The notes beneath the pieces are model-generated. The model was given only the letters and a program-made list of their open reading frames with translations. It searched no databases and was not told the DNA's origin. A stretch of 64,000 nt of DNA from a virus. Positions 37,260 to 47,103 of the stretch are shown here, one piece after another. Positions within the stretch are counted from its first letter, which is position 1. Every line of letters starts with the position of its first letter. The stretch lies in the IMG/VR virus record IMGVR_UViG_3300009159_000035; one strand, given 5' to 3'. Both the position numbers and the translations under genes were made by a program.

Positions 37260-37946
37260 ATGAGAACTTTAGTAATATCAGATATACACATTGGATCTAA
37301 AGGTTGCAATACTGAAGCAATTACAATGTTATTAAAAACAGAAACATTTGATCGACTGATTTTAGTTGGCGATATTATTGATGGATGGCTCTTTACTAAA
37401 TATAAAAAGTTTTCTCAAGACCATACTAACTTAATAAGAAAATTTCTAAAGATTTCAAAGAGAATGGAAGTTATTTGGATAGCTGGCAATCATGATGAGT
37501 TCCTAAGAAAATATTTGCCAGTTGATATTGGTAATATTATAGTAGTTGATGAATGGACTGAAGATGGAATATGGTTTTGTCATGGAGACAAATACGATGG
37601 AATTGTTAAGATGCGCTGGTTGGGAATGTTAGGTTCAATTGGCTATGACTTGGCAATTGAACTAGACCGATTTATAAAAAGATTTGGTAAAAAAACAAGT
37701 TTGTCAAAATACTTAAAGGATAATGTAAAGGCCGCTGTTTCATTTATGGTTGATTTTGAAAATGAAATGGTTCGTCAAGCAAAAAAGAGAAACTGTCATA
37801 CTGTTGTATGCGGCCACATTCATACTCCAGCAGACAAAGAAATAGACGGAGTTCGCTACTTAAATACTGGCGACTGGATTGAAAATACTTCATATGTTAT
37901 ATATGAGTCAACTAAAAACACTAACTGGCTAACCTTATTTAGATAA
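37260..37946 (+). CDS. LpxH-like metallophosphoesterase
   Basis: ISDIHIG, VGDIIDGW, GNHD, HGD, CGHIH, NTGDW. Confidence 0.85.
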   Translation: MRTLVISDIHIGSKGCNTEAITMLLKTETFDRLILVGDIIDGWLFTKYKKFSQDHTNLIRKFLKISKRMEVIWIAGNHDEFLRKYLPVDIGNIIVVDEWTEDGIWFCHGDKYDGIVKMRWLGMLGSIGYDLAIELDRFIKRFGKKTSLSKYLKDNVKAAVSFMVDFENEMVRQAKKRNCHTVVCGHIHTPADKEIDGVRYLNTGDWIENTSYVIYESTKNTNWLTLFR

Positions 37947-38662
37947 TGATTAATGATTTAACTATTATAATTCCATGCTATAATGAAGAGGCATATATTG
38001 GTAGAACTCTTAGAGCTATATTAAGACAGAAAGAATGTGCTGGTGTTAAAATAATTATAGCAGATGCTGGATCAACCGATCAAACCGTTAATATAATTAA
38101 TTCAATAGCTCTAAAATTTAATCTAAATGTTGAAATAATTAAAGGAGGGTTGCCTGCAATTGGCCGAAACGCTGGTGCTCAAATATCAACTACTTCATTA
38201 TTGCTATTTCTAGATGCTGATATTACATTTACACATAAAAGAGTTATTATTGAATCGGTTAATACGCTCATTGCTGGTAATTATGCAGTACTTGGAACAA
38301 ACCCTAAATATAAAGGAGAATTTGATTTACGAGCAAATTTTATATTTTGGATAAATGGATTAACTACTTGGTATCTTTCTAAAACTAAACCATTTGCAAT
38401 TGGCGGATTTATGTTGATACGTAGATTTATTTTTAATAACCTTGGCGGATTTGACGAGCTTGCACATCAAAGTGAAGACTGGTTATTAAGCAGAAAAATA
38501 AAGCCTACTAAATTTAAACTTATACCTAACCTGATTACACAGGACAATCGCCGATTTAAAAAATATGGATACCTTAATATGATTTGGCTAGTTATTAAAA
38601 ATTGGCTGAATCGTAATAATGAATTGCATTTTTATAAAGACCAAAAATATTGGCATAACTAA
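37946..38662 (+). CDS. glycosyltransferase family 2
   Basis: IIIPCYNEE, DAGSTD, GRNAGA, FLDAD, GGFDE..ED. Confidence 0.9.
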   Translation: MINDLTIIIPCYNEEAYIGRTLRAILRQKECAGVKIIIADAGSTDQTVNIINSIALKFNLNVEIIKGGLPAIGRNAGAQISTTSLLLFLDADITFTHKRVIIESVNTLIAGNYAVLGTNPKYKGEFDLRANFIFWINGLTTWYLSKTKPFAIGGFMLIRRFIFNNLGGFDELAHQSEDWLLSRKIKPTKFKLIPNLITQDNRRFKKYGYLNMIWLVIKNWLNRNNELHFYKDQKYWHN

Positions 38663-38664
38663 CT

Positions 38665-40401
38665 ATGACTAAACTCCAAGAGGAATTTGAACAATTTGTA
38701 AAAGGAAAACACCCAGGACTGGAGTTTCGGCCTCAACAAAAAGAGGCAATACTTGATATAATCTCTGCATATAACAATGATCCTAATGGTATCTACTTAT
38801 TAGATGCCCCAACTGGTTCAGGTAAATCAGTAATTGCAATGGTGTTTGCAGACTTTCTTGCATTTAAAGGCAACCGTGGTTATATTCTTGCATCTGATCT
38901 TTCGCTACATGAACAATACGTAAAGGACTTTCGTAAACTACAGTTATGGAATTGGGGTAATATCAAGGGTGTTGATAATTATAAGTGCGTAGTTAATGAC
39001 GAAAAATTTTCAATAGGCGAATGTAAAAGTAAAGGAACTTCATATGAAGCTGCTGAATCATTACCATGTTTTAAACAATGTGGGTATTTAACATCACGTA
39101 AAAAATCAATTAAATCTCCAATTGCACTACTTACTTATCCATATGCCTTAATTCAAAGAAATTATGTTGAGGATAAGCAGCAAGGCAAAGGTAAAGGCTC
39201 TCCATTTCCACAAAGAGATTTTGTAGTTTGCGATGAGGCTCATAAATTATTAGATATTGTACAGAGCCACTTTAGTCCAATAGTATCAAAGGAAATTGTA
39301 AAGAAGGCTGAAAAATTATTGGAGGGACTTGGCGATATTGGTCAAGCTGTACCAAAAATAAATCTTGAAAGACTTGAGAAAATAATAGACCGCATTTATG
39401 CAGATGATGATCAAGCAAATTTACTTAAGCTATTAAGAGAAGTTACTAAAGTACTTGGCGAAGTTATGAAAGCAACTGGCCCTCTTAGAGAAAATGCCTC
39501 AGCTGACTTTATTGAAGGTAGCGTTCCACTTGAATGGCTTGCGGTTTTTAACCTAGCCGACTGGTGTAAAGACGTGCACTGTAAACTTGAAGACTATTGC
39601 GAAATTGTTGGAAAGGTTGGCGTTGAAAAGCTAATTAAAAACCCTGGAGAAAAAGCCTTGGTTTTTAACTGTATTGACGAGTACTACTTATTAAAAAAGC
39701 ACTTCTATACTAAATTTGGGTTTAAGTTGTTAATGACGGCTACTATGGGTAACCCTAGTGACTTCATGAGAAATCACGGTATCAAGTCAGCCAAGTACTT
39801 TAAAATAGAGAGCCATTTTAATTGGGAAAAGTCGCCAATCATTTTTTATCCAGGTAAAAAAATGTCAACCCGATTTCTGGTTGATAATATGCAATGGGCG
39901 ATTGATACGGTAACCCGAATTGTCCGAGAGCATTCTGAGGACTCTGGGATCATTCATTCCGGTTCATATGAATTGAATACTAAGATTTGGACAGGGCTTC
40001 CTAAAGACGTTAAGAAACGCATTTTACTCTATAAAGGTTCTGAAGAAAAGGACCAGGCTCTAAAGAAAATGAGCAAAAAGAAAGGGCTTGTATTAATGGG
40101 GCCTTCTATTTTAGAAGGTTTAAATATGGTAGACGACCAGAGCAGATTTCAAATTTTTTTAAAGGTTCCGTATCCACATCTTGGCGATAAGTATGTTGCT
40201 GCTAAACTGGAATATTCGCAAGCTTGGTATAACTGGAAGACTGCAATTGGGGTATTGCAAGGAGTCGGTCGATCAATCCGTACGCCAGATGATTGGGCTA
40301 TTACTTATTTACTAGATGGGTGCTTTGCTGATCTTATGAAGTCAGCTGGCGATCAATTTCCACCAGAATTTAAAGCCAGACTGAAAGTAGAGTATAAATA
40401 A
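38665..40401 (+). CDS. DinG/XPD-like SF2 helicase
   Basis: APTGSGKS, Cys cluster, DEAH, TAT, KVPYP, QGVGRSIR. Confidence 0.9.
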   Translation: MTKLQEEFEQFVKGKHPGLEFRPQQKEAILDIISAYNNDPNGIYLLDAPTGSGKSVIAMVFADFLAFKGNRGYILASDLSLHEQYVKDFRKLQLWNWGNIKGVDNYKCVVNDEKFSIGECKSKGTSYEAAESLPCFKQCGYLTSRKKSIKSPIALLTYPYALIQRNYVEDKQQGKGKGSPFPQRDFVVCDEAHKLLDIVQSHFSPIVSKEIVKKAEKLLEGLGDIGQAVPKINLERLEKIIDRIYADDDQANLLKLLREVTKVLGEVMKATGPLRENASADFIEGSVPLEWLAVFNLADWCKDVHCKLEDYCEIVGKVGVEKLIKNPGEKALVFNCIDEYYLLKKHFYTKFGFKLLMTATMGNPSDFMRNHGIKSAKYFKIESHFNWEKSPIIFYPGKKMSTRFLVDNMQWAIDTVTRIVREHSEDSGIIHSGSYELNTKIWTGLPKDVKKRILLYKGSEEKDQALKKMSKKKGLVLMGPSILEGLNMVDDQSRFQIFLKVPYPHLGDKYVAAKLEYSQAWYNWKTAIGVLQGVGRSIRTPDDWAITYLLDGCFADLMKSAGDQFPPEFKARLKVEYK

Positions 40402-40423
40402 CCCTAAATACTAGGTAACTTTA

Positions 40424-40819
40424 ATGTCTATACTTAACTGGGAATTATATCACCAAACTAAAGAAGTTAGTAAAATCTATACTACTTCAATATTTGAAGC
40501 AAAGAAACCTGAAACCTTTGAACAATTTGCAAGTAATCGACTTGCTGGAGCAATTAAGATTGCTGAAACTACCAAAGCAAAAGGCGGAGACTCTCTATTA
40601 ACATATCAACACTATAAAGTTAAGTTACCGTATTATAAAAAGGCGGCAGCTGGTAAATTTAATATCCAAGAAGCTAAAGCTGAACTAAAAAAATTACACA
40701 CCTACCTTCATGCAATCATTGATAAATTTGAGGCAAAGGGTCAAACTCCATTTCAACAAGTAATGGGAAAGATTGAAGTAGTTGGTGAATTAATAATTAA
40801 ATACAATGAAACACATTAA
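40424..40819 (+). CDS. hypothetical late protein
   Basis: late motif upstream; IFEA possible processing site. Confidence 0.6.
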   Translation: MSILNWELYHQTKEVSKIYTTSIFEAKKPETFEQFASNRLAGAIKIAETTKAKGGDSLLTYQHYKVKLPYYKKAAAGKFNIQEAKAELKKLHTYLHAIIDKFEAKGQTPFQQVMGKIEVVGELIIKYNETH

Positions 40820-41621
40820 ATTATTTAGCGGTTGGATAAATGAGGCATTAACCGCTGATCAAATAGCTAATCAAATTCAAGCCGCAATTTCTGGCAATGG
40901 AACAGAAGAATTTGATTTAAGTACTGCAATTAAGTTAATTCCAGATGCAGAAACAATGGTTAAAGTAAATCAAGCTTTAAAATTGGGAATGCAAACTAAG
41001 AGTTGGGAATATGGTAGTATAGGTGATGCAGTTAATGGCGAACTTGGTATATTTGATCAAACTTATAAAGATCAAATATCTGCACATATTAAGAATATAA
41101 GCGCAAAAAAATACTCAGGATCAGTTAGTAATACTCAGTCAACCATTGCTGCTAATAAAGCAGTATTAGTTGGTGGACTAAATGATCGGCCCGGAGATAA
41201 ACCAACTGCTGAACAAACCTCTATATTAAGTAAATCAACCGGTCTTCCATTAATGAAAGGGTTTGATTATGATGAAAGTGATGATACCATATTGAGGTAT
41301 TTAAAATCTAACCCAGGTATTCCAGTGTTTTTATTTAGTGCCGGCTGTAAAAAAGCAGAAGTTTTAAGTAACTCAGCTTATGTTAATAAAAACCAGTTAT
41401 ATATTATTGAACCATTTGCCTCAAGTAAAACTACAAAAGACATTATTAATAAGGCCGTTAATAATGGAGTTCCTGCAAAGAATGTGTATGTTGGGAAAAA
41501 CTCATCAAGAGGGTACGGTGTGGTTAGCGGAACCTCTGATTCCAAAGCAAAACTTCATTGGGACGCACTTGTATCCGTTGGTAATATGGTATCTACTGAG
41601 TTAAATAAAAGTACTATTTAA
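40806..41621 (+). CDS. CTS-tagged protein with annexin-like repeat and alpha/beta-hydrolase-like domain
   Basis: MKHIKLFSGWINEA; AISGNGTEE; VFLFSAG; C-terminal HW. Confidence 0.5.
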   Translation: MKHIKLFSGWINEALTADQIANQIQAAISGNGTEEFDLSTAIKLIPDAETMVKVNQALKLGMQTKSWEYGSIGDAVNGELGIFDQTYKDQISAHIKNISAKKYSGSVSNTQSTIAANKAVLVGGLNDRPGDKPTAEQTSILSKSTGLPLMKGFDYDESDDTILRYLKSNPGIPVFLFSAGCKKAEVLSNSAYVNKNQLYIIEPFASSKTTKDIINKAVNNGVPAKNVYVGKNSSRGYGVVSGTSDSKAKLHWDALVSVGNMVSTELNKSTI

Positions 41622-41632
41622 AAAACCAAAAT

Positions 41633-42205
41633 ATGAAACACATTAAATTATTTGAAGATTTTGATCTAGATAAATTTCTAGAAAATCCTGATAAAGAATT
41701 ATCAAATGATGATTCTCCTGAAATTAATATTGGCAGTTATGTTGACTCGTATAGAGGTAAGGGTCGAGTTGTTGATATGGACGATAGTTTTGCAACAGTT
41801 GAATTACATAATTCAAAAGGAAACCGGGTAAAGGTTCCACTATTTGCTCTAACTAAAATTTCAAGTAATACAATTGAAACAGCTAAAGTAGGAGATTCTA
41901 AAGCAGAACTTGCTGAGCTTGTTAAACAAGGTACCGAATATTTAGATTATCTTAAATCAGTTGAAGACTATTCAGATGATGAAGACTCTTTTAGTGGTCA
42001 GATTAATTTTGATACTCTATTAAGTTTTATTCAAGATACAGTAGTTGAGGTAATTTCAATTAAGAATAATGATACGGCATACGATTCATATAATGAATAT
42101 CATCATTTAATTAATATTGTTGCATCACTAGCTGATGTAATTCAAACAGTAAGACCTGATTTAACTGATGAAGTTGATGCAGCTCTTGAAAATTTTCCAA
42201 GCTAA
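41633..42205 (+). CDS. putative internal head protein (CTS-like leader)
   Basis: MKHIKLFEDF; SH3/KOW-like segment. Confidence 0.6.
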   Translation: MKHIKLFEDFDLDKFLENPDKELSNDDSPEINIGSYVDSYRGKGRVVDMDDSFATVELHNSKGNRVKVPLFALTKISSNTIETAKVGDSKAELAELVKQGTEYLDYLKSVEDYSDDEDSFSGQINFDTLLSFIQDTVVEVISIKNNDTAYDSYNEYHHLINIVASLADVIQTVRPDLTDEVDAALENFPS

Positions 42206-42206
42206 T

Positions 42207-42821
42207 ATGAAAGCCTTAAGTTTTAATCAATTCATAAATGAAAATCAAGATAACGATGATTTAAAACAGTTAGCTGATCTTGGACTGTATACTCCAATTG
42301 CTGAAATTGTATATCAAACATTAATAGAAAAAACAGACTTAGCCGATTTTATGACACTAGAAGGGGATTCTATTCTGTTTAGATATGATTGGATTATGGA
42401 GCCAGCAGACTCATTAGCAGTAATGGGTTTTGATGAAGCAGAAAGTCGCGACATCATTCGTAAATTAGGTATGGGCCCAAACGACTTTTTTGGACTAATT
42501 GATATAGTTTTAGATTTTAATAAAATGACAATTAGTGTTCACTCTGATATTAATCAAAGACCTCTTAATTTTGAAGATGAGTATTCGCATGAAGGCCCAA
42601 TGTCTAACTATGTAACCGTATTAGATGACTATTATGGAAAAGCGTCAACTGGCCGCCCAGCCGGTCCAAAAGAGATAGCAGATGAACTCGTAAGGATGTT
42701 TTTGGTATGGAGTTATCAAGAAGACCCATTTGGAATTTGGATAAATATTAATACAATTATTGAAAAAGAGATTAAGAATAGGCTTGAAAGAGCAAATCAT
42801 GAATCTAGTGAAGATTCTTAG
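42207..42821 (+). CDS. putative internal head protein (CTS-like leader, LADLGL motif)
   Basis: Start moved to MKALSFNQFINE; DDLKQLADLGL. Confidence 0.65.
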   Translation: MKALSFNQFINENQDNDDLKQLADLGLYTPIAEIVYQTLIEKTDLADFMTLEGDSILFRYDWIMEPADSLAVMGFDEAESRDIIRKLGMGPNDFFGLIDIVLDFNKMTISVHSDINQRPLNFEDEYSHEGPMSNYVTVLDDYYGKASTGRPAGPKEIADELVRMFLVWSYQEDPFGIWININTIIEKEIKNRLERANHESSEDS

Positions 42822-42884
42822 TATTTAAGGTTTCACCCCAAAGTGGTGACCTTTGCCTGATAAATAATAAAAAAATCAAGAATA

Positions 42885-43484
42885 ATGGCAGACATCGCAC
42901 AACAATTTGCTGGATTACCTATTGAAGATCTTATTGTATCTCCAATCATTGGTATGGCAAAAGGACAAGCAAAATTAAACGACGTAACCTGGAAATATAT
43001 TTCAGAAGTTGCATTCGTAACGGACAAAGACGGCAAAACTTCAGCTCGCTCTTTAGACGTTGAAATGAACCGAGTAGTAACAGACGGTACTACTGGCGAA
43101 CAAACAGTTCAAACACTTTATTCAAAAGTTCCAATGTTACCATTGGTTCCACTTCCTTCATTGGCTATTACCTCAGCTGATATTGAATTTACAATGGAAG
43201 TTAAAACGTCTGAAGTAGACAAATCAAGTACTGATACTGAAGCATCTATTTCGGCTTCAGCTTCTGGCGGATTTTGGGGTATGAAATATTCAGTTAGCAT
43301 GGCAGGTAAAGTGTCAACTCATAAAGAGAACACACGTAGCACTGATAATTCAGCAAAATACAATGTAAAAGTACATGCTGAACAATTACCAGCAACTGAA
43401 GGTATGTTGAAATTATCTGATTACCTAACTCAAATGTTAGAGCCATCATTAATTCCACTTACTGCTGATCCACAGTCTAAGTAA
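42885..43484 (+). CDS. DUF2589-like protein
   Basis: QFAGLPIEDLIVSP..AKGQ; VPMLPLVPLPSLAI..IEFTMEV; RSTDNSAKYNV; EGM. Confidence 0.8.
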   Translation: MADIAQQFAGLPIEDLIVSPIIGMAKGQAKLNDVTWKYISEVAFVTDKDGKTSARSLDVEMNRVVTDGTTGEQTVQTLYSKVPMLPLVPLPSLAITSADIEFTMEVKTSEVDKSSTDTEASISASASGGFWGMKYSVSMAGKVSTHKENTRSTDNSAKYNVKVHAEQLPATEGMLKLSDYLTQMLEPSLIPLTADPQSK

Positions 43485-43505
43485 TTAGAATAAGTAGATT
43501 TAACC

Positions 43506-43538
43506 AAAGAGGCTAGCTAAACACTAGCCTCTTTTTTT
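43506..43538 (+). terminator. intrinsic terminator
   Basis: AAAGAGGCTAG..CTAGCCTCTTT plus T run. Confidence 0.85.
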
Positions 43539-43593
43539 ATAAACTAATTATTTTAAGTTAGTATAATAGAAAAGGAGTTTAACCCAAATAAGT

Positions 43594-44076
43594 ATGGCAA
43601 GATTAAATATTGAAGAGCTAGTTGGAGGTTTATTAGAAGCCGCAATGGTAGCTCAAGGAATAAGCGAAAGGCAACATATTAATGCCCTTGCAAACTATTT
43701 TAATGAAGACGGTACACCTAAAGTTAAAACTTTTAAAATTGGGGAACGTGAATTGATTGTGCCTTTGTATATTATGGCAGACCATTCATCAATTGGACTT
43801 GACGAGTTGGATATTGAATTTGAAGCCAGATTAATATTTGGAAATAGTGATAAAGAAGTGTCTGATCTTAAACGATCCCTACTTGGACTATTTAGGAAAA
43901 AGGGTTATGAGCATAATATTAACGGCATTGAAGTAGATTCAGGTAAAAATACAGATGGTTCCGGAATGTCAAAAATTCGGGTTAAATTCAAATCAGATAC
44001 TAAACCTGAAATGATTGCTAGACTAGTTGATGCCTATATTCAAAAACTTGAGGATTCCTCAAATCAAACCCCATAA
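43594..44076 (+). CDS. DUF2589-like protein, second paralog
   Basis: EELVGGL..AAMVAQ; IVPLY..HSSIGLDELDIEF; PEMIAR. Confidence 0.7.
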   Translation: MARLNIEELVGGLLEAAMVAQGISERQHINALANYFNEDGTPKVKTFKIGERELIVPLYIMADHSSIGLDELDIEFEARLIFGNSDKEVSDLKRSLLGLFRKKGYEHNINGIEVDSGKNTDGSGMSKIRVKFKSDTKPEMIARLVDAYIQKLEDSSNQTP

Positions 44077-44078
44077 GT

Positions 44079-44282
44079 ATGGCTTTACCTTGTCCAGCAT
44101 GTAGAACTCCACTTGGCATTGATTTGGCTTTTATAATGAAGCACCCAGTCTCAGTTTGTCCAAACTGTCAAGTAATTTTAGACTTTTCAGTAAATGATGA
44201 AATCAAGAAGAAATTTAGTGCAGCCATGTCTGAGATTGATGATATTAAAAAGAAATACAAGAGTATTGCAAAATTCGGATAA
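44079..44282 (+). CDS. small zinc-ribbon protein
   Basis: CPAC..CPNC. Confidence 0.7.
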   Translation: MALPCPACRTPLGIDLAFIMKHPVSVCPNCQVILDFSVNDEIKKKFSAAMSEIDDIKKKYKSIAKFG

Positions 44283-44297
44283 ATTAACAAATAAATT

Positions 44298-44474
44298 ATG
44301 ACTACTAAAGTAACAGTTACAATTGAAAAAATCCGTGAATTAGTAGCGGAGTTCCCAAATGATATGCAATTAGGAGAAGCTGTCCGTAAGCTAATTGTTC
44401 ATGGAATTGATTCAATTGTATCAACTAAGTCAACAATAGTTACTAAAACTTTTGACCATAGTAAAAGTAATTAG
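44298..44474 (+). CDS. small hypothetical protein (not in ORF track)
   Basis: 58 aa, FPNDMQLGEAVRK. Confidence 0.55.
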   Translation: MTTKVTVTIEKIRELVAEFPNDMQLGEAVRKLIVHGIDSIVSTKSTIVTKTFDHSKSN

Positions 44475-44518
44475 GTTTAGTATAGAGTTGATAAATAACC
44501 TAAAATTATCAAGCTATT

Positions 44519-45496
44519 TTGAATATTCTTAAGTTTAATGACTTTTTGCTGCTTGAGGCCAGTTTATCCAAACATGCAGATAAACGAATAACCGAACGTA
44601 TTAAAGAAAGTCTAAAGGATGGAACTTCCATTGACTTTCCAATTGAAGCACGCAGGAAAATTGCACTAACTGGCAGATCTCTTGCAGATGTGTCAAATGA
44701 GGCAACTCTGCTAATCAAAGACGAGTTTATGCGTCGTCTTACTAATAGAATAGAGCGCCCAGATTTTCCAGACGGTAACCGAATTGTTGTATTATTAGAT
44801 CCACAATTAAAATACGGTCGTGATACTTTTCCAATATCAGTATCAGTTACCTCAGAAACAGAAATAATCAATAAGAAAACTGGTAAAAAGGAAATAATTA
44901 AACGCACATATACTGGAGAAAGATTGTGTATCTATATTGCAGATAATGTAATGACCACAGTTAAAGTGTTACCTGCAAATTATACGGATATTGAAATTGA
45001 AAAGGATTCACGAAATCATTTTGATAATAAAAATATTGAAGCGGGTAATATTACAGTATTATCAGGCGACGCTGAATATATTATTGAATTGGATAAAACT
45101 GGAGAAATTAAGCATCGCACAGGTCAAGTATATTCAGGTCATGGTATTGTTACTGAAAAAGAATTTGCATTAACAACCGGTCGTAATATTAAAGTAAGCC
45201 TAGCATTTAGAAAAGATGAAAATTTAACAGAAGTTGAAGTACGTTCAATACTTAACCGGGAATCTGCTAGAACTGATAAATTTATTAAAATTGAAGTAGT
45301 AATATTTGACATAGTAATATTACCAGATGGAAAAAAAGAGATTAAAAGTACAAAAGTTCCAAAAACCCTAAGGGCTGGTGACCTAATTTCACTACCAATT
45401 GGCCCAGGTGGTAATTGGCAAAACTGTCAAGTGGCAGATAGTCTTTTTGTAGACTATGCAAATCGCGGAGGAGCATTTTCACTTAAATATAAATAA
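44519..45496 (+). CDS. putative internal head protein (CTS-like leader)
   Basis: MNILKFNDFLLLEA; SKHADKRITER. Confidence 0.6.
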   Translation: MNILKFNDFLLLEASLSKHADKRITERIKESLKDGTSIDFPIEARRKIALTGRSLADVSNEATLLIKDEFMRRLTNRIERPDFPDGNRIVVLLDPQLKYGRDTFPISVSVTSETEIINKKTGKKEIIKRTYTGERLCIYIADNVMTTVKVLPANYTDIEIEKDSRNHFDNKNIEAGNITVLSGDAEYIIELDKTGEIKHRTGQVYSGHGIVTEKEFALTTGRNIKVSLAFRKDENLTEVEVRSILNRESARTDKFIKIEVVIFDIVILPDGKKEIKSTKVPKTLRAGDLISLPIGPGGNWQNCQVADSLFVDYANRGGAFSLKYK

Positions 45497-45539
45497 CTGG
45501 TCGCTGCCCAAATAAATAACTAAAAAATATACGCAAGTA

Positions 45540-47102
45540 ATGAGTAAAATTATTAAATCATATCCAGAGTTTTTAGCTGAAAACTTAAACCAAAATGAAG
45601 GATTTAGGGATATTGCAAAAAAGGCAGTAGGCTCAATTAAAAAATTCTTTGGAAATGGCGCAAACTATTTAACCGCACTAGCTGCCCAAATTAGTGGAAA
45701 GCAGTCAAATGATGGTGCTGATGATACAATTCCATATGGTGTAACAATTTACCCAGCAGCATCTGATTTACAAGAAATTGGAGCAGATAATAATTACTCG
45801 CCGGAAGGGCTTGATGAAAATTTAATAGATGAAGAAGCTGTTCCATTAGAAGCTGGCGAAAGTATTGGTGGAGTTAGAAATGTTGACTATGATGGTTTAA
45901 TGAGAATTGTTAAACGAATTGCAAATAATCCAGATAAAGGAGAAGAAGCACCACTTATGATTTGGGGAGCTCCCGGTATTGGTAAAACTGCAATTGTTAA
46001 ACAGGTTCAAAAAATGCTAGGCGGTAGAATGATTGATGTTCAATTAACTACGTATGCACCAGAAGATTTCTTTTTACCAGTAGTTGATCCAGCAACTAAT
46101 GACAATATAATGAGTCGTAGAGCTTCAAGGGTTCCACAAAAATGGTTACCTGTATATAATGAAAGTGAAGGAGACGAAGGTAATACAAAAGCAAATGGCC
46201 CAGACGGAATGGGTGGAATGATATTTATGGATGAGTTATCCAGAGCATCTGAAGCAATTAGAAATATTGCCCTAAAATTTGTATTAGACAGAGAATTAGA
46301 CGGAGGTTGGAAATTAGGAAGCAAATGGACAATATTTGCAGCGTCTAACCGTCAAGAAGATGATTTAACAAATTCTCAAGATTTTGGTACCGCATTAGGT
46401 AATCGTTTTCAACAGGTAAATTACGTGCCAGATACTAAGACTTATGGAAAATATGCATCAGCTCAAACTGATTCAAGTGGAGTTGATACATTTGACCCAC
46501 TTATTATATCATTCTTACAATGGTCTAAAGGTAAAGAATTTTTTCATAAAATGGATGCAAGAGCGGTTGCCTTTCCTAGTCCAAGATCTTGGGAAAAAGC
46601 TGCAATTGCTTGGAAAAATTTGAAAAAAGAAGCAGAGGCAGAAGGTTATCAATTAAGTGATAAAATGATTGAAGATGAAGCTCTAGCTCCAAATGTTGGA
46701 ACTGAAGCAGCTACTGCATTTATTGCATACTATCTTTTATCTAAGAAAATTGACTTAAAGAATCTTTATAAAGTTTATACTGAGCCAGATAATGCACCAC
46801 TTCCATCAAAAACCAGAAATGATGATTATGAATTGGACGTTGCATACATCTTAGCTTCAGCAATTGCATATGAGCATAGAGGTAAAAAATTAGATAATAC
46901 TGAAATTGAAAATGTAGCTAAATATGCAATTCGAATTAATAATCCAACTGTTGCAATGCAAATAATGGGTGCACTAATTGAAATTCACCCATACTTAAAG
47001 ACTTCCGGTACTCCAGAATTTGAAGCTTATCGTATTGCAATGAGACCGTTTTTAGCAGCATATCCGGGTTCAGCAAAGGATATTCAAAATTTAGAAAACT
47101 AA
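45540..47102 (+). CDS. MoxR-type AAA+ ATPase with CTS-like N-terminal extension
   Basis: MSKIIKSYPEFLAE; GAPGIGKT; IFMDE; AASN; ALGNRF; PSPRSWE. Confidence 0.85.
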   Translation: MSKIIKSYPEFLAENLNQNEGFRDIAKKAVGSIKKFFGNGANYLTALAAQISGKQSNDGADDTIPYGVTIYPAASDLQEIGADNNYSPEGLDENLIDEEAVPLEAGESIGGVRNVDYDGLMRIVKRIANNPDKGEEAPLMIWGAPGIGKTAIVKQVQKMLGGRMIDVQLTTYAPEDFFLPVVDPATNDNIMSRRASRVPQKWLPVYNESEGDEGNTKANGPDGMGGMIFMDELSRASEAIRNIALKFVLDRELDGGWKLGSKWTIFAASNRQEDDLTNSQDFGTALGNRFQQVNYVPDTKTYGKYASAQTDSSGVDTFDPLIISFLQWSKGKEFFHKMDARAVAFPSPRSWEKAAIAWKNLKKEAEAEGYQLSDKMIEDEALAPNVGTEAATAFIAYYLLSKKIDLKNLYKVYTEPDNAPLPSKTRNDDYELDVAYILASAIAYEHRGKKLDNTEIENVAKYAIRINNPTVAMQIMGALIEIHPYLKTSGTPEFEAYRIAMRPFLAAYPGSAKDIQNLEN

Positions 47103-47103
47103 A

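Noticed and set aside
42168-42206. Upstream start for the 217-aa ORF
   Set aside because: Overlaps the previous gene; ATG 42207 gives the tagged N-terminus.
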